From the NCBI GenBank assembly GCA_964016885.1, contig OZ024755.1, forward strand, positions 8,308,001-8,372,000: a DNA stretch of 64,000 nt, in the 5' to 3' direction. The notes below the pieces were generated by a model. That model saw nothing but the letters and a program-made list of their open reading frames with translations. It had not been told where the DNA came from and ran no database searches. Each line of letters opens with the position of its first letter. Positions within the stretch are counted from its first letter, which is position 1. Made by a program: the position numbers and the translations under genes. Positions 58,351-64,000 of the stretch are shown here, piece after piece. Source of the stretch: Eledone cirrhosa. Its lineage: Eukaryota.

Positions 58351-58853
58351 ATTTAGGAACAGTTTAGGTATGATACATTTTATTACTAATTATATCTAAA
58401 TGTTTCTTCTCTCTTCATAATGTATTTTTAACTCTGATACTGGTTCAGTCTGGTTCAAACTGAATTGGTCTGTCCCAGTCATTCATTGAGCAACATCAGT
58501 GAAGTTGGCACCCTTAACTCACAGTTGGGTGCGGATGCATTCATGTATATATGTGTGTGTCCGCATGTATCTGTGTGTTTCTAAATGTATTAATAACTCC
58601 CTCTGGTCGAGCAATCTTTGAAGTGTGGGGACAACTGGAAAGCTTCCATTACTCATACTTCTCGCCTTCTTCACTACCTCTTCTACGGCCTCGATATGAA
58701 TACCCCCTCCGCCTCCGTGGTATTTTTTTCGTTGTTATAAGAGGCTTAGCTCTGTTTCTCGACCGTTATATCGCGTGACTATCTCCCCCTCCGCCTTTTG
58801 GGATTCTTTCTCACGTCGTGTAGACGCGTTCTTGAGACTAGTAAAATGAGGTA

Positions 58854-58941
58854 TCCTCTTGATAAGTCGGCAGACCTCGCAAGGACTCTATATCTTTGAT
58901 ATATTGTTTTTGTTTATGCCACGAAACTACGTAGTCGAGGA
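58854..58941 (+). ncRNA. Type I hammerhead ribozyme, U3-A8 variant core
   Basis: Identical copy; predicted cleavage after 58936. Confidence 0.8.
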
Positions 58942-59444
58942 ATTTAGGAACAGTTTAGGTATGATACATTTTATTACTAATTATATCTAAATGTTTCTTC
59001 TCTCTTCATAATGTATTTTTAACTCTGATACTGGTTCAGTCTGGTTCAAACTGAATTGGTCTGTCCCAGTCATTCATTGAGCAACATCAGTGAAGTTGGC
59101 ACCCTTAACTCACAGTTGGGTGCGGATGCATTCATGTATATATGTGTGTGTCCGCATGTATCTGTGTGTTTCTAAATGTATTAATAACTCCCTCTGGTCG
59201 AACAATCTTTGAAGTGTGGGGACAACTGGAAAGCTTCCATTACTCATACTTCTCGCCTTCTTCACTACCTCTTCTACGGCCTCGATATGAATACCCCCTC
59301 CGCCTCCGTGGTATTTTTTTCGTGGTTATAAGAGGCTTAGCTCTGTTTCTCGACCGTTATATCGCGTGACTATCTCCCCCTCCGCCTTTTGGGATTCTTT
59401 CTCACGTCGTGTAGACGCGCTCTTGAGACTAGTAAAATGAGGTA

Positions 59445-59532
59445 TCCTCTTGATAAGTCGGCAGACCTCGCAAGGACTCTATATCTTTGATATATTGTTT
59501 TTGTTTATGCCACGAAACTACGTAGTCGAGGA
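59445..59532 (+). ncRNA. Type I hammerhead ribozyme, U3-A8 variant core
   Basis: Identical copy; predicted cleavage after 59527. Confidence 0.8.
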
Positions 59533-60035
59533 ATTTAGGAACAGTTTAGGTATGATACATTTTATTACTAATTATATCTAAATGTTTCTTCTCTCTTCAT
59601 AATGTATTTTTAACTCTGATACTGGTTCAGTCTGGTTCAAACTGAATTGGTCTGTCCCAGTCATTCATTGAGCAACATCAGTGAAGTTGGCACCCTTAAC
59701 TCACAGTTGGGTGCGGATGCATTCATGTATATATGTGTGTGTCCGCATGTATCTGTGTGTTTCTAAATGTATTAATAACTCCCTCTGGTCGAGCAATCTT
59801 TGAAGTGTGGGGACAACTGGAAAGCTTCCATTACTCATACTTCTCGCCTTCTTCACTACCTCTTCTACGGCCTCGATATGAATACCCCCTCCGCCTCCGT
59901 GGTATTTTTTTCGTGGTTATAAGAGGCTTAGCTCTGTTTCTCGACCGTTATATCGCGTGACTATCTCCCCCTCCGCCTTTTGGGATTCTTTCTCACGTCG
60001 TGTAGACGCGTTCTTGAGACTAGTAAAATGAGGTA

Positions 60036-60123
60036 TCCTCTTGATAAGTCGGCAGACCTCGCAAGGACTCTATATCTTTGATATATTGTGTTTGTTTATG
60101 CCACGAAACTACGTAGTCGAGGA
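60036..60123 (+). ncRNA. Type I hammerhead ribozyme, U3-A8 variant core
   Basis: One T>G change at 60090 in the stem II insert; predicted cleavage after 60118. Confidence 0.8.
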
Positions 60124-60357
60124 ATTTAGGAACAGTTTAGGTATGATACATTTTATTACTAATTATATCTAAATGTTTCTTCTCTCTTCATAATGTATTT
60201 TTAACTCTGATACTGGTTCAGTCTGGTTCAAACTGAATTGGTCTGTCCCAGTCATTCATTGAGCAACATCAGTGAAGTTGGCACCCTTAACTCACAGTTG
60301 GGTGCGGATGCATTCATGTATATATGTGTGTGTCCGCATGTATCTGTGTGTTTCTAA

Positions 60358-60410
<53 letters not shown>

Positions 60411-60617
60411 GTATAATGCTACTTTAGTTATATATATATATAGTATAAGGTTTCATACACTTACCATGTATCTGCTACCATCAGTTTCGGGGTCTAGTCA
60501 TGGCCACCACAGTATAATTATGGAGGCACTTTGAAACTGGTCCTTCATTCAGGAACGTGGACAAAAATATGGTCCCGGTAAACCCAGATGAAAAGGCTTA
60601 TCAGCACTAGCTAAGGG

Positions 60618-60715
60618 TTTAACCCTGCGATTGATGGGTGTCCTGTCCAGATGGGTGTCTTAATCCCAGTCGCTTAACACTGCGAAAACCGAAACAAGCA
60701 CCGACTTGATGAGAC
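60618..60715 (+). mobile_element. SINE central-domain remnant
   Basis: AACCCTGCGATTGATGGGTGTCCTGTCCAG resembles a conserved SINE central domain (AACCCTGCGATGGACTGGCATCCCGTCCAG type). Confidence 0.45.
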
Positions 60716-62478
60716 TAATCCACTGTCATAAACTGGTTCATAATTAATAATATAGAACAATAGCAGCCATATTGATATCTCTACACCAACTATATATATC
60801 CCACTATAATGTAATCACAAGAAATAACTAATTCAATATAACGACACAAATTAGGACACCAAAATGTTATCACAACAAAACTAAATCTAATATCACCGAA
60901 AAACTTGGCGAGGACTTCATTTCTAATCATCTTTAGAATCAAATCAAAACAATATTGAGAATGGAATTATTGGAAGGTAATAGTAAGTAAAAGGTGTATA
61001 GAAATCATACCTTTTCAAGCTAAAGGTTATTAGTAATCAATATATAGACAGAATTATTTCATTATTCATTTCTTACTGAGAATCAATACAATGTTAGTAG
61101 TTCCTCTCAATTGTTTTGGTTCGGCTTGTAGTTATTCTACTTATCTAGTTTTGCTGGGCATTAATATATTTTCTTTTACTCTTTTCACTCATTATATTGT
61201 TGCTATATTTTGACTTTGAGCAAGACACTTTATTTCACGTTGCTCCTTCTACCTGGAGTTGCGACCGATAGATAGTATTAGCAATTGGAAAGATCAATGG
61301 AAACATTGTTTCTTCGGTCCGATTTGACGAAAGTCGATCGACTGTCGTCGGTTGTTTCTATGCTGGGAAACCACATTAAACTTTTCATACACATTTTTAT
61401 AAAGTCTTGTATGTATCTCAGTGTAATGTCATATTATTTTAGCGCAGGTTTTATGCTTCTGTTTTTGATTTTTTTACAAATAATAGGGGTATAACTATTG
61501 CGAGATGTCAATATGCTATTATCACCTGCGAAAATTGAGTATATTAGATTGTTTGAAAGTTGACGTATGTGAATATAACCTCGGTGTTTCGATCTATAAA
61601 CAGCGTTAAATCAATTAACAATGTAGCTTTCTTTCGTTGGCAGTCAGGCACAAAGTAGTGTGGGAACAGAACAATCAAATATATCGAACTCAATACTTGA
61701 TGCCATATGTTAGGAAACCGGCCAAACCTACGCAGGTGTGAGCAGTAAAACAAAAACAGTACTAAACAGGTATTTGATATAGGTACATTAAGTTATTTAT
61801 CTTGGAACTTTGATTGTAGTATATAACTAGGATGTGGCTCGACCTCCTTAGGGTGAAAGCAGTTAAGGGATGAAACAGCTGCTAGAAGGTGGTTTCTTCT
61901 CTGAAGACCTCCTACTGTCCCGCTCTCCTAATAATTTCTTATCACCATATCTAAGAAGACATTTTTATTTAATATGTAATTAATAATTTTGATAAATTCG
62001 GGTGTGTTCATAGTGAGAATTTGCTGCTAATTCTGTTACACATAATGGAAGCGCAGAATCCTCATCTTGTCACTTAGTCAGAAGGATATCGCTGTTTAAT
62101 TCATATATAGTTTAAGGAAATATAACCATGACTAGAGATAACAGAGTTAGTGCAATTATTGTAGAGCAGAAATAACAAATATTACCATATATAGAATCTG
62201 TATAGTTTACGTAGAAGTTTTCCTACTAGAGACCTTGCGGTGAATCTCTACATCGTAGGCGTGTTGCATTAAATACAGTTTTATATTAGCAATATTGCTG
62301 ATTAAATTAAATAGAATGCTGCCCTGCTTAGTGTTGCACGATGCATACTTCAGTGATATTTTACTAATGTATTCTTAGCATTATGTCCGTCATTTTAGGC
62401 AATTTAATTCATTAGTTGGTGAATAAAAATACTTACACACACATACACATGTAGGAGGCACGTTAAAAAGGCTCCCAG

Positions 62479-62653
62479 TCCACACTGTCAATGTAGTTGT
62501 TGTTAGGAAGGGCAACCAGCCGTAGAAAACCTGCCAGAAACAGTCAGTTTTGTACGAGCGAGACATGGTCTCCCGACCAATCTCGCCTCAGGTTGGACAA
62601 AACCGTCCAACCCATGCTAGCGTGGAAGATGGATGTTAAACGATGATGATGAT
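62479..62653 (+). mobile_element. SINE 3' part ending in (GAT)n
   Basis: GTTAGGAAGGGCAACCAGCCGTAGAAAACC...CGTCCAACCCATGCTAGCGTGGAAG..GTTAAACGATGATGATGAT. Confidence 0.6.
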
Positions 62654-63184
62654 TATACAGAAAACCACACACATACACACACATATATATATAGTTTATT
62701 GTTACTATTGACTCACCAGTTTGAGCACTCAATGTCAATACGTGTCCGCTCGACAATGTGGTATACTACATTTGGTATGACACCGTAGTTGGTATCTTTA
62801 CAAAAGAACCAGAGAGATAATAATATTAATAATTAGCACGAATGAAGTATCAATAAAGCATTATTATGTATAAAATAAAGGATTATTATGTATAAAATAA
62901 AGTACCAGTAATGTACTATGTAATTGCTGGCCTTGTGCCAAAAGTAGAAACAATTATTATGTATATTCACATCTAATGAACTAATTTAAACAGTGCACTA
63001 GATGCATATTATCGTGCACCAACTTTCGAAATATGTTAAGTCCTTAAAAGGACCAAAGAATGTAATCTCTATTCTAGGATGCCTCGGACTGTTCACCCAT
63101 CAAATTACAAATTGTACTGAACGCGTTCCATTCAGGCCCTTTCCACTTTATGCAGTCTCCAATCTCTCCCCATAAACACATATA

Positions 63185-63300
63185 TTTCCACATTGTTAGT
63201 ACTCGATCCTGTATCATCTCTTTCTTGAGGTCATTCTTCACGACATATTCCATAATCTTTCTTGATCTCCATCTTACATATGTTCCGTGTAATCCAAGCA
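63185..63300 (-). pseudogene. Highly decayed RTE-like LINE 3' remnant
   Basis: GTYVRWRSRKIMEYVVKNDLKKEMIQDR..W resembles GxRxRGRPRKTWxxxVxxDL...xQDRxxW. Confidence 0.4.
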
Positions 63301-63772
63301 CTAGCTATTTTTTTAATACAGTTTTTAAACATATGAATGAAAGTCACAGAATCTTCTTTCCAGTAAGTTTATATTCAAATATTGTAGCTCTGAAGGTGAT
63401 CGATATTTATTGTATTTGTCGTCCTAGACAAATTTGATCAAAGCATTGTCTCCATTCACTTCAATATTCTCCAACACTGTCGTAAGCTGAACACATTTCT
63501 AGTTGATTATTCTAGGTTTAATGAAATAGATTACCTGGTGACTCTAACCCTTTCCCTCTAATATCTTCTCTCTCTCTCTTTACCCCTGAATAGGATTTAG
63601 CAATAATTGAATTATTGGAAAAGTTCTGTGAATATTGTTCATATAATTGGGATATTGTGTATAATTCGAAGTTCAAATATTCATTGAGGTGAAGTGTTAG
63701 GTTTTTACATTGATTTTTATTCGCGACTAAAAGCAAAATGTTTTACACAAGTAAACGCATCTCAAAATTATT

Positions 63773-63820
63773 TATATATATATATATACATTTATATATA
63801 TACATATATATATATACATT

Positions 63821-63911
<91 letters not shown>

Positions 63912-64000
63912 TTATATATATATATATATATATACATTTATATATATATATATATATATATACATTTATATATATATATATATATATACATTTATATATA
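63773..64000. repeat. (TA)n punctuated by CATT
   Basis: Read directly. Confidence 0.95.

Larger units (their letters stand above)
56460..60363. mobile_element. 591-bp tandem array with one HHR per unit (non-LTR retrozyme-like): about 2.1 units on minus (56460-57683) and about 4.5 units on plus (57680-60363), in (TA)n
   Basis: Exact 591-bp period; only 4 variable positions seen; both ends abut (TA)n. Confidence 0.9.

Noticed and set aside
56460-60363. CRISPR array, rDNA/5S, snRNA or histone repeat interpretation
   Set aside because: No unique spacers or cas genes, and no recognisable 5S, U-snRNA, tRNA or histone sequence in the unit
60478-60545. Imperfect hairpin CAGTTTCGGGG...CTTTGAAACTG right of the array
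   Set aside because: Too degenerate to assign to the HHR fold-back class

Overview
This is AT-rich, microsatellite-dense eukaryotic non-coding DNA. The SINE families and (TA)n load suggest a coleoid cephalopod, most likely Octopus (inference). No host protein-coding gene is recognisable, and almost every ORF in the track is a translated microsatellite. The recognisable protein remnants are non-LTR retrotransposon 3' ends: RTE-like at 52.2-52.9 kb and 63.2 kb, and a CRE-like restriction-type endonuclease tail at 27.3-27.6 kb. The main signal is an RNA-level system. A near-identical 591-bp tandem array (56460-60363, about 6.6 units) sits in (TA)n with a strand switch at 57680-57683. Each complete unit encodes a type I hammerhead ribozyme (HHR) with a compensated variant core, UUGAUAA (U3-A8 instead of C3-G8), and a palindromic stem III. 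This is the architecture of a non-LTR retrozyme that could release unit-length (circular) RNAs. Across the window there are five further HHRs with all three stems recognisable, several degenerate or half HHRs, and about seven fold-back elements whose loop or centre lies at the ribozyme, nearly all embedded in (TA)n. That pattern is consistent with mobilisation by Penelope-like element (PLE) machinery. All folds were derived by eye, and none is shown to be active.
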